The notes beneath the pieces were generated by a model, which saw only the letters and a program-made list of their open reading frames with translations, did no database searches and had not been told where the DNA came from. Of a stretch of DNA of 36,752 nt, positions 15,396 through 23,527 are shown piece by piece. The stretch's first letter is position 1. Each line of letters opens with the position of its first letter. A program made the position numbers and the translations under genes. The stretch lies in assembly GCA_041747915.1 (NCBI GenBank), contig JBGTEH010000028.1, forward strand, positions 1-36,752. Reading direction: 5' to 3'. This stretch comes from Ilumatobacteraceae bacterium. GTDB taxonomy: Bacteria; Actinomycetota; Acidimicrobiia; Acidimicrobiales; Ilumatobacteraceae.

Positions 15396-15505
15396 GTTGT
15401 TGCTCCTTGTGTGGTGTGTTGGGGTCGTTTGATGGTCGGGTCGGGGTCGGTCGCTGGCGGTGGTGGCGGCAATGTCGGGGATCGTGTCGACGACGGGCCG
15501 GTCAT

Positions 15506-16111
15506 TCAGCGGTGGACGGTGGACCAGGCGAAGCTGCGCCCCCAGCCGCGCCGGAACGCCAGGTGGATCCAGAGTCGGGCGTGGTTCTCGACCAGAACGA
15601 ACGCGTCGCGCCCGCCGAGGTCGGCGACATCGAATCCCAGATCCGTTGCGAGCGCCGCGACAATCTCGGTGCCGGCCTCGTCGCCGGCGATCGGTAGGAA
15701 CGTCGGGTGGTCGAAGCTGCCGCCAGAGAGGTGCTCGGCACCGACGGTGTTGAACGCCTTCACGAGAGCGACATCGGCGGGCAGGAGCGATCCGACGAAA
15801 TCGGCGAGTGTGTCGAAGCCGACGGGGATCGGGATGACGACGGCGTTGGTCGCATCGACGACCACCTGCCCTGGGTGGAGGTCGAGCGCCGGAACCACCG
15901 TGGCGAGCGAGTCGGCGGGGATGGCGAGGACGATCACGGTGGCGTCGGCGACCGATGCGGCGAGCGTCATCGCCGGTGCCGGGAAATCGGTGTACTTCGC
16001 CAGGTCCGGCTCGCGGACGCCGACGACCACTTCGTGGCCCGCCGTGCTGAGCCCGGTTGCGAGTGCGGTGCCGACCGAGCCGGCTCCGATGATGGTGATT
16101 CGTTGTGTCAT
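15506..16111 (-). CDS. NADP oxidoreductase, coenzyme F420-dependent family (NADPH-dependent F420 reductase-like)
   Basis: 201 aa. It has the N-terminal Rossmann motif 'ITIIGAGSVGTALATGL..GHEVVVGVR' and the F420_oxidored-type layout. Confidence 0.75.
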   Translation of the reverse strand: MTQRITIIGAGSVGTALATGLSTAGHEVVVGVREPDLAKYTDFPAPAMTLAASVADATVIVLAIPADSLATVVPALDLHPGQVVVDATNAVVIPIPVGFDTLADFVGSLLPADVALVKAFNTVGAEHLSGGSFDHPTFLPIAGDEAGTEIVAALATDLGFDVADLGGRDAFVLVENHARLWIHLAFRRGWGRSFAWSTVHR

Positions 16112-16151
16112 GTCAGTCCCCGATCGCGATGAGCTGTTTACGTACCACTAC

Positions 16152-16179
16152 TGTACCGTATTGAATCGAGTACGGTACA
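16152..16179. promoter_or_regulatory. probable TetR operator: 9-bp inverted repeat TGTACCGTA-N10-TACGGTACA
   Basis: A perfect palindrome lies in the 73-bp divergent region between the F420-reductase start (16111) and the TetR start (16185). Each arm contains a TACGGT (TANNNT-type) -10-like hexamer facing outward. Confidence 0.6.
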
Positions 16180-16184
16180 CGCCC

Positions 16185-16766
16185 GTGGAACATTCCGTCG
16201 GACGCCCCCGCGACGCTTCGATCGACGAGGCGGTGCTCCGGGCCGCACGGGAGCAGTTGGCGGCAAGCGGATACGACGCGATGTCGGTAGTGGCCGTCGC
16301 GGAGGCCGCCGGCACCACTCGTCAGGCGCTCTACCGGCGATGGCCGAGCAAGGCCGATCTCGCTACCGCCGCGATCGCCGGTCTCTCGAGCGCCGACGGT
16401 CGAGCAGAGACCGACGACGCCTACTCCGACCTGGTTGCCGAACTCACAGCATTTCGCGACGGCGTCGCACGACCGAACGGCATCGGCTTGGTCGGCGCCA
16501 TGTTGCAGGACGCCACCGATCCGGAGCTGGTGAAGCTCTACCGCGATCGCATCGTCGCACCGAGGCGGGGACGGCTTCGCCAGATCCTCGAACGCGCCGT
16601 CAAATCCGGCCTCGCCGCACCCGACGCCGACATCGACTACGCGATCGCCGCCTGCACCGGCGTGTACTACGGCCTCCACCTCGCCGGCGTGCGTATCGCC
16701 CGGAACTGGCCCGAACGCACAGCAGCGTTGATCTGGTCGTCGATCGGCGGAACCGCTCGGACCTAG
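16185..16766 (+). CDS. TetR/AcrR family transcriptional regulator
   Basis: 193 aa from GTG 16185 (VEHSVGRPRDASIDEAVLRAAREQL...). The HTH is 'MSVVAVAEAAGTTRQALYRRWPSKADL'. It may be leaderless. The ATG at 16110 was rejected because it overlaps the divergent start codon. Confidence 0.85.
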   Translation: MEHSVGRPRDASIDEAVLRAAREQLAASGYDAMSVVAVAEAAGTTRQALYRRWPSKADLATAAIAGLSSADGRAETDDAYSDLVAELTAFRDGVARPNGIGLVGAMLQDATDPELVKLYRDRIVAPRRGRLRQILERAVKSGLAAPDADIDYAIAACTGVYYGLHLAGVRIARNWPERTAALIWSSIGGTART

Positions 16767-16851
16767 ACCGGACACCGATTTCGGGGTTGCTCGGACCGTG
16801 TGCCAGGGCAGCGATGACCCCTCTCTCCCGGCTGGAGTTCTCGAGCAGGAA

Positions 16852-17601
16852 TCAGTACTGGTCGAAGGCGAGCATGGGTTCACGGGCGATCCAGCGGCGG
16901 TAGCGGTCGACACCGACGGCTTCGATGAGCCCAGCGGTTTGGCTGGCGTGGGCCTGTAGTGCTGCAAGTTTGAGATCGAGCCACGGCCCACCGATCGTGA
17001 GATCGAGGAGGAGGTCGCGTTCGGCATGGGCCGTTGGGAGGCCCGGTGCGTAGACGTCGAATCGATCGTTGATGTCGCGGTCTGCCGCGACCATCTCAGG
17101 GGTCAACGACGGACACAGGAGCAGGGCCTGCGGGCACACCCGTCGGACGGCCTCGGCAGTCCATCGAGCGACCGCACGATGGTCGAGATGACCTGTCAGG
17201 CCGTCGGGTCCGAAGGTCACGACCGTGTCGGGTCGTCGTGATTCGAGGACATCGGCGATGAGTTCGATTCCGATCTCGTCGTCGATCTCGTCACACTGGC
17301 CGTCACGAAGACCGAATCTCACTCGGTCGGCAACGCCGAGAAAGTCGAGTGCGAGATCCAGTTCGGTGCGCCGTGTAGCTGCCACTCGGAGCCGATCTTC
17401 TTCGGTCGATGCGAAGTCTCCGTCTGTTGCGGTGACGCACGTGACCGGTTGTTCGAGGTGGCGGGCGACTGCCATCAGACCGCCAGCAACGTATGTCTCG
17501 TCGTCGGGATGAGCCCAGACGGTCACGATCGATCCGAGTTCGGCGATCTGATCGAGGCCGCCGGAGAGGAGATGGTTCGGGGAGAGGATTGAAGCGTTCA
17601 T
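16852..17601 (-). CDS. PIG-L/LmbE family deacetylase (MshB/Mca-like)
   Basis: 249 aa from MNASILSP. Family motifs are 'VWAHPDDETYVAGG' and 'GHLDHRAV'. Confidence 0.8.
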   Translation of the reverse strand: MNASILSPNHLLSGGLDQIAELGSIVTVWAHPDDETYVAGGLMAVARHLEQPVTCVTATDGDFASTEEDRLRVAATRRTELDLALDFLGVADRVRFGLRDGQCDEIDDEIGIELIADVLESRRPDTVVTFGPDGLTGHLDHRAVARWTAEAVRRVCPQALLLCPSLTPEMVAADRDINDRFDVYAPGLPTAHAERDLLLDLTIGGPWLDLKLAALQAHASQTAGLIEAVGVDRYRRWIAREPMLAFDQY

Positions 17602-17633
17602 GGTCCCGATCCTCGGCCGCTCCGGTGACGACT

Positions 17634-17675
17634 CGCTGACGAGTGCTGACGAGATGCCGTCAGCGGGCGTCAGCG
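17634..17675. promoter_or_regulatory. four 6-bp half-sites: GCTGAC x2 (10-bp phase) facing GTCAGC x2 (10-bp phase)
   Basis: GCTGAC occurs at 17635 and 17645, and GTCAGC at 17659 and 17669. The outer 7-mers CGCTGAC and GTCAGCG are complementary. The element lies in the divergent region between the PIG-L gene (start 17601) and the ACAD gene (start 17738). Confidence 0.55.
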
Positions 17676-17737
17676 GAACGCGAGTGATGCCGCACAACAT
17701 CGTGGTCACCAATCAATTCCAATGACAGGAGCCACCC

Positions 17738-18940
17738 ATGACCACCATCGACCTCGTCGAAATGACCGCTGACATCCAGGCGGCGACTCTTCCCGACGAT
17801 TCTGTTCTCGAGCAGTTTCGCGATCGAGCCCGGCGTTGTGACGCCGACAACACCTACATCTACGAGGATCTCGCCGTTCTCCGAGACATCGGATATCTCG
17901 CCGCCACTGTGCCGGCCAAAGCGGGCGGCTGGGGATTGAGCCTTGCCGAATTCGCCGTTCTCCAACGTCGGCTCGCGACCTATGCACCGGCGACCGCTCT
18001 CGCCATGACCATGCATTCGTATTGGATCGGGATGGCGGTCGAACTCGAGCGTTTCGGTGATCCGTCATTGAGCTGGTTGTTCGATGAAGCACTCGAGGGG
18101 CGCGTCATCGGGGCCGGTCACGCTGAGGCGGGCAACGATGCTCCTGTGATCATGTCGACCACGACCGCCGTACGTGTCGACGGTGGCTACCGGTTCAGCG
18201 GTCGCAAGACGTTCGGATCGAACGGGCCGGTGTGGTCGCTCCTCGGTGTCCATGGCATCGATCTGTCCGATCCTGATTCGCCGACGATCGTTCATGGATT
18301 CGTCGATCGTGAGGCGGTCGGCGTCACTGTCGTACCAAGATGGGACACGCTCGGGATGCGACCGACGCAGAGCTACGACACCATCCTCGACGACGCGTTC
18401 GTTCCCGACGCCCGTGTCGGACGGATCGTCCCTGCCGGCTCCAACGACGATCTGTTCTTGTTCGCGATGAACATCTGGGCGTTGCCGATCATGGCCAACG
18501 TCTACCTCGGCATCGCGGAACGGGCGTTGACACTCGCGATCGAGTCAGCGACCTCGAAGTCGTCGGTGGCCATCCCCCGCGGCACCTACGCGCACAACCC
18601 GATGGTGCAGCATCAGGTGGCTGAGATGTATCTCGAACTCGACCCGGCTCGGGCGCTCGTTGATCGCCTCATCGACGATTTCGGGTCGGGTGTCGACCAC
18701 GGCGCGATGTGGGGTCCCAAGATCGTCTCGGCGAAATGGCGTGCGGTGGAAGCAGCCAAGCGTGTCGTGGACATCGCGCTCGACGTCGCCGGCGGCGCAG
18801 CGATGGCGCGTGGCAACGAACTCGAACGGCTCTACCGAGACGTACGCGCTGGAGGCTTCCATCCGGCCAACGACGCGTTGACCCACGAGACCGTTGCCAA
18901 GGTGGTCCTCGGGATCGACCCGAGCGAACCTCGCTGGTGA
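17738..18940 (+). CDS. acyl-CoA dehydrogenase family protein
   Basis: 400 aa with an ACAD domain layout and an ATG preceded by an AGGAG RBS. Confidence 0.8.
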   Translation: MTTIDLVEMTADIQAATLPDDSVLEQFRDRARRCDADNTYIYEDLAVLRDIGYLAATVPAKAGGWGLSLAEFAVLQRRLATYAPATALAMTMHSYWIGMAVELERFGDPSLSWLFDEALEGRVIGAGHAEAGNDAPVIMSTTTAVRVDGGYRFSGRKTFGSNGPVWSLLGVHGIDLSDPDSPTIVHGFVDREAVGVTVVPRWDTLGMRPTQSYDTILDDAFVPDARVGRIVPAGSNDDLFLFAMNIWALPIMANVYLGIAERALTLAIESATSKSSVAIPRGTYAHNPMVQHQVAEMYLELDPARALVDRLIDDFGSGVDHGAMWGPKIVSAKWRAVEAAKRVVDIALDVAGGAAMARGNELERLYRDVRAGGFHPANDALTHETVAKVVLGIDPSEPRW

Positions 18941-18947
18941 ACTGCGC

Positions 18948-21848
18948 TCACAGTGCCGATTGAGCGAATCGATCGAACGCGGCCGTCGCCTCCTGGGCGG
19001 CGGCCGCTTCGTCGAGTTCGGCGCCGCGGGCGAACTCCGCATCGAACACGTCGCGACCGGTTCGCTGTTCGAGTTCGGTGCGCATCGATTCGAGTCGAGC
19101 CACGTCGTCGCCGAACACGTCGTGGCCGGCACCGGGCGACACCACTGCGCCCAACAGTCGAACCGCTGCGATCGTCTCGTGGGCCTGCATCAGCAAGTTG
19201 ACCACGGAACGCATCCCGGTCCAGAACGGCGATTGCATCCCGGCACGCAACCACATCGGCAACAACCAGCGATAGTTCGCGATGGCCGATGTGAGGTCGC
19301 TCGAGCGCACATCCAGCGAGGCGAGCGAAGCGCCGGCGATGCCCTCGAGGAACGTCGACCCTCCCGCTCGCGCCAGTGCAACCGCCCGCTCCAAGTGCTG
19401 ACGGGCGAGATGAGCGTCAGCGTCGAGACGACACTCACCTGACGCATACTGGCACCACGAGTGAGCGATGGCAGCTCGCTCACCGTTCATGGCGGCCACC
19501 ATCGCGTCCGCGACGGCGACGACATCTCGACGATGCACGTAGGCCATGCAGATCACCAATGTGCCGTACGTCTCGGTGCGGCGGATGACGTCGTCGACGA
19601 CCCCTGGCAACCGCATGGCCTGTTCCAGCCGCTCGATCGCCCGGTCGAGCTCACCGTGGGCGAGATCTTCCGTGGTTTGGGCGCTGAGGAGCTCATAGGT
19701 CGGCATGAGGTTCCGACGCTCGCAGAACTGCTCCGCCAGCGACAGCAATCGACGCGTATCGTCGAGTGAGCTCTGCTTCCACGCTCCCAACCCGGCGATC
19801 GCGTAGGCATCGACGGTCAGAACGTGATCGACGTGTGCGCCCGCCGCCGCAGCGTCCTCGCACCATCTGACGAGTTCGATGCTCACACTGTTGAACGCGA
19901 GGTCGCGCAGCGACACCACCGTGCGAAGAACGGTGTCGGCGTCGTTGGCCGCGAGGCCGACTTCGATCGCGCGTCGGAAGTCGGCCATGCGGGCGATGTA
20001 CCCGTCGATCGGTGCCGAATCGCTGGCCGTGCGCAGGTCCGCCCGCAACGCCTCGGCCACGTCGCGCATCCGAAGCGAGAGGCGAGACAAGAAGCCGCGT
20101 CGTTCGATGTCATCGGTTTGCTCCACGGCGAATCGGCGGACGACGTGGAGCAGAGCGAGGCGCTCACCGTCACGCTGTGCCATCGAACGTTCAACGAGGA
20201 TCGACATCGTGTCGATCGCAGTCGAACGGTCGATCTCCATCACCGCAGCGACATCAGTTGCGGCGAACCGTGACGAAAACGTCGCCGCGGCCCGCAGCGC
20301 CCGTTTCGCTCGCTCGTCGAGGAGGTCGTATGACCAACTCAACGCGGCGTCGACCGAGCGATGGCGATCGACGGTCCGTCGACCACCGCGCAAGACCGCA
20401 ATACTCTCCTCGACGCCTTCGAGCACCTCGCGCGTGGTCAGTGCTTGCAAGCGTGCCGCCGCGAGTTCCAAGGCGAGGGGCAGGCCGTCCAGACGACCAG
20501 CGAGCTCATCGAGTTGCTCGAGTTCGTCGCCGTCAGGTGCCCGGCCGGTCACTGAAACCATCCGGTCGATCAAGAGACGGGTCGCCGGCGACGCAGTCCC
20601 GGCGGTGAGCGAAAGTGGTGGGACTGTGACCAGACGTTCGCCGTCGACGGCGAGCCGCTCTCGGCTGGTGGCGAGCACGACGACGTGGTCGGTCATCTCG
20701 ACGAGTCGCTCGGCGAGTGCCGCCGATTGATCGAGCACGTGCTCGCAGTTGTCGAGAACAACGAGGCAACGCTCGTGGCGCAATACCTCGACCAGGCGGT
20801 CGAGGTCTGGCTGATTGGTCCTGCTCTCCACCGCGGCCGCAGCGATCACGACATCGACCACCGTCAGATTCGTCGCCGTCGTCAGATCGCAGAACACGAC
20901 CTCTTCCAAGCCGGTGCCGTCGAGACGATGTGCGATTTCGGTTGCCAGGCGAGTCTTGCCGACGCCACCCGGCCCGATCAGGGTGATCAACCGGGAATCA
21001 GACAAACCGCGAACTGTTGTCGCAACCAGTTCCTCGCGACCCAAGAACGACGACGTCGGCTGCCGCAAGGCATTCCGAGATCGAGCAGACGGGGCACTCG
21101 GGGGCGGGTCGAGCGTGACGTCATCGGACCCGAGTAGTGCCGCGTGACGTTGTCGGAGTTCGGGCGACGGCGCAACACCGAGCTCGTCGGCGAGCAGACG
21201 CCGGTACGCGTCGTAGACGCGCAACGCGTCGGCGCGCCGGCCGAGCGACTCGTAGGAGCGAATGAGCAGGTGTCGTGGGTGCTCGCGCAAGGGCTGGCGC
21301 GACGCAAATGCCTCGATCTCGGCAATGACACCGGCCGCGTCGCCGTGATCCAGCTGCAACTCGAACCGCTCCTCGGTCGCACGGCAGCGGAGTTCCGTCA
21401 GACGGTCGATCTCGACTCGCCCATCGTCGGCGTCGACGAGATCCTCGTACGGATCACCGCGCCACAGCAGCGATGCCTCATCCAGCATCAGCGATGCTCG
21501 CTCAGGGTCCTCGAACCGCAACGCCGTCGCGTCCAGCACCAAACGCTCGAACTGCGCGACGTCAACGCGATCATCAGGCGCCCTCAAGATGTACCCGGGG
21601 GCCCGATACTCGAGATCGAGGTCGCTGATGCGCTGACGAAGTCGAAACACGAGGGATTGCAGTGCAGCCGGATCCGTCCAGGAGTCGTCGTCCCAGACGA
21701 ACTCCACGAGGCGATCCACGGAGACAACCTTTCCCCGATTGAGGAGCAGCGCGCTGAGCAGCCGACGCTGGCGCTGTCCGGTCAGAACGGTCTCCACGCC
21801 GTCGGCATTCGCCACGCGCAACGGGCCCAAGACACCGAACATGGTCAC
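18948..21848 (-). CDS. AfsR/SARP-family regulator: OmpR-type wHTH, BTAD, NB-ARC P-loop ATPase and TPR-like C-terminus
   Basis: The N-terminus is 'MFGVLGPLRV...RQRRLLSALLL'. The BTAD segment reads 'LWRGDPYEDL...ALRVYDAYRRLLADELGVAPSPEL', and the Walker A is 'LIGPGGVGKTRLA'. The start is either GTG 21848 or, perhaps more likely, ATG 21842. Confidence 0.85.
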   Translation of the reverse strand: MTMFGVLGPLRVANADGVETVLTGQRQRRLLSALLLNRGKVVSVDRLVEFVWDDDSWTDPAALQSLVFRLRQRISDLDLEYRAPGYILRAPDDRVDVAQFERLVLDATALRFEDPERASLMLDEASLLWRGDPYEDLVDADDGRVEIDRLTELRCRATEERFELQLDHGDAAGVIAEIEAFASRQPLREHPRHLLIRSYESLGRRADALRVYDAYRRLLADELGVAPSPELRQRHAALLGSDDVTLDPPPSAPSARSRNALRQPTSSFLGREELVATTVRGLSDSRLITLIGPGGVGKTRLATEIAHRLDGTGLEEVVFCDLTTATNLTVVDVVIAAAAVESRTNQPDLDRLVEVLRHERCLVVLDNCEHVLDQSAALAERLVEMTDHVVVLATSRERLAVDGERLVTVPPLSLTAGTASPATRLLIDRMVSVTGRAPDGDELEQLDELAGRLDGLPLALELAAARLQALTTREVLEGVEESIAVLRGGRRTVDRHRSVDAALSWSYDLLDERAKRALRAAATFSSRFAATDVAAVMEIDRSTAIDTMSILVERSMAQRDGERLALLHVVRRFAVEQTDDIERRGFLSRLSLRMRDVAEALRADLRTASDSAPIDGYIARMADFRRAIEVGLAANDADTVLRTVVSLRDLAFNSVSIELVRWCEDAAAAGAHVDHVLTVDAYAIAGLGAWKQSSLDDTRRLLSLAEQFCERRNLMPTYELLSAQTTEDLAHGELDRAIERLEQAMRLPGVVDDVIRRTETYGTLVICMAYVHRRDVVAVADAMVAAMNGERAAIAHSWCQYASGECRLDADAHLARQHLERAVALARAGGSTFLEGIAGASLASLDVRSSDLTSAIANYRWLLPMWLRAGMQSPFWTGMRSVVNLLMQAHETIAAVRLLGAVVSPGAGHDVFGDDVARLESMRTELEQRTGRDVFDAEFARGAELDEAAAAQEATAAFDRFAQSAL

Positions 21849-21897
21849 GGCTCGACCACCACTCGTTCTGCAGGCAGCGCTCGGTGGGACACTGCTG

Positions 21898-22326
21898 TCA
21901 CGACGAGCCGGTGTTGATCACGGCCTGTGTCTGCGTGGTCCGCGTCGACAGCTTTCCGTCGTCGCGATGAGTGTCGGTTTGAAGGATGATGGTGGTCCGT
22001 CCGCAGTGCACGAGCGTGGCGGTGACGGCGACGGTTCCTGCGGTGACGGGTCGAATGAAGTTGGTCTTCGATTCGATCGTGGAGGTGACGGCGCCGGGCG
22101 GCAGGTTGAACGACGCGAGGGTTGCGCCGGTCGCGTCGGCGAGCGCCATCAGGTAGCCGCCGTGGAGGATTCCGGCGGCGGTGCATCGTTCGGGGCTCCA
22201 GGTGCCTCGTACCATCACCGTTTCGGAGTTCGCGGCGATGGCTTCCATGCCGAGTACGCGGGTGAACGGCATCGCCTTGTGGAGCATCTTGGTCAGTTCG
22301 AGGTCGGCCTCGGGTTCGTGGTCCAT
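21898..22326 (-). CDS. PaaI-family hotdog thioesterase
   Basis: 142 aa. 'GILHGGYLMALADATG' is the typical PaaI/4HBT-II motif. Confidence 0.8.
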   Translation of the reverse strand: MDHEPEADLELTKMLHKAMPFTRVLGMEAIAANSETVMVRGTWSPERCTAAGILHGGYLMALADATGATLASFNLPPGAVTSTIESKTNFIRPVTAGTVAVTATLVHCGRTTIILQTDTHRDDGKLSTRTTQTQAVINTGSS

Positions 22327-22509
22327 GGTGTTCTCCTACCTTGGCGAGCGTGGGATGACGCTGGTGCTATTCGGCGGTCGCGGCCGACACCTACATATCG
22401 CATGAAGTGTGTCGCGGTCGACACCGTTCGCGCCGGATGTTTCCGAGTCGGCGTGAGTCGACTTGCGCGACGGACGGGCACGGTCGAGCCGTCGGGTCTC
22501 GGGCGATCG

Positions 22510-23469
22510 TCAGGCCGAGCGTCGTGCGAGGAGCAGGCCGAAGTCGCCCGCATCGTCGGTGAAGACCTCCGCATCATCGAAACCCGATTCGAACAGCTCG
22601 CCGATCAGGCGTTTCGGGTCGAACTTCGCCGAGATCTCGATCTGGAGTTCCTCGCCGGCCTCCACGACGAGATCGAGATCGAGGCGGTCGATCCGAACCC
22701 GTTCAGGTTCGTTCGCTCGGAGCCGCATGTCGATGCGCTCCTCACCGCCGTCCCACAGCGGGACGTAGGAGAAATTGCCGACGTCGAAGGTTCCATCGAG
22801 TTCGCGATTGATCGCATGCAATGCATTGCGGATGAAGGTGTCAGTGATGCCCTGAGCGTCGTTGTACGCAGCCATGAGTCGGTCGAGCGGCTTGAGCAGA
22901 TCAAAGCCGAGCAGCAGCCAATCCCCGGGATCGAGCACATTCTGCAGCGCGCCGAGAAACGCTGATCGCTCCTCGACGTAGAAGTTTCCGATCGTGCCCC
23001 CGAGCAGCGCCACCAGCCGGATCCCGCCCGCCGGGATCCGGTACAGGTCCAGATTGAAGTCACCGACGAGCGGTTCGACCGTCAGGTCTGCGTACCGACT
23101 CCGGAGCATCGCGGCTGCGGCGTGCAAGGTCTCGGCGCTGACATCGAGCGGCGTGAAGCGTTCGATCGCCCCATGAGCAACGAACGCGTCGAGCAACGTT
23201 CGGGTCTTGTCGCTCGTGCCGGAGCCGAGTTCGATCACCGTTGTCGCACCGGTCCGTTCGGCGATCATCGTCGAGTGCGTGGCCAGGATCTGGCGCTCGG
23301 CCTCGGTCTGGTAGTACTCGGGCAGCCTCGTGATCTGATCGAACAGGTCGCTGCCCCGATCGTCGTACAGCCATCGAGGGGGGACTCGCCGGGGCCGAGC
23401 CCCCAAGCTTCGACGGAGTTCGGCGTGCGCGCCCAATTGCGTCGCGGTGAGGTCGTCGTGGGAGTTCAT
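22510..23469 (-). CDS. egtD: L-histidine N(alpha)-methyltransferase (ergothioneine biosynthesis EgtD)
   Basis: 'PRWLYDDRGSDLFDQITRLPEYYQTEAERQIL...ELGSGTSDKTRTLL' is an EgtD signature. I prefer ATG 23469, which has an AAAGGA RBS, over the track's GTG 23487. Confidence 0.85.
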   Translation of the reverse strand: MNSHDDLTATQLGAHAELRRSLGARPRRVPPRWLYDDRGSDLFDQITRLPEYYQTEAERQILATHSTMIAERTGATTVIELGSGTSDKTRTLLDAFVAHGAIERFTPLDVSAETLHAAAAMLRSRYADLTVEPLVGDFNLDLYRIPAGGIRLVALLGGTIGNFYVEERSAFLGALQNVLDPGDWLLLGFDLLKPLDRLMAAYNDAQGITDTFIRNALHAINRELDGTFDVGNFSYVPLWDGGEERIDMRLRANEPERVRIDRLDLDLVVEAGEELQIEISAKFDPKRLIGELFESGFDDAEVFTDDAGDFGLLLARRSA

Positions 23470-23527
23470 CAGGGGTCCTTTGTTCACGGCGTGAGGCTGA
23501 TTCGATGGTGGTCGCGACCACGCCGAG

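Noticed and set aside
16110-16184. ATG at 16110 as the TetR start (adds MSVPDRDELFTYHYCTVLNRVRYTP).
   Set aside because: It would overlap the divergent F420-reductase start codon (CATG) and would translate through the operator palindrome. TetR proteins normally begin just before the GRPR...HTH segment, which fits GTG 16185.
14481-16766. 761-aa plus-strand ORF, the longest in this part of the track.
   Set aside because: All but its last ~190 codons run antisense to three well-supported minus-strand genes (Trx-fold, DJ-1/PfpI, F420-family reductase). The translation is low-complexity and rich in Arg, Gly, Ala and Val. Only the C-terminal TetR part (from GTG 16185) is real.
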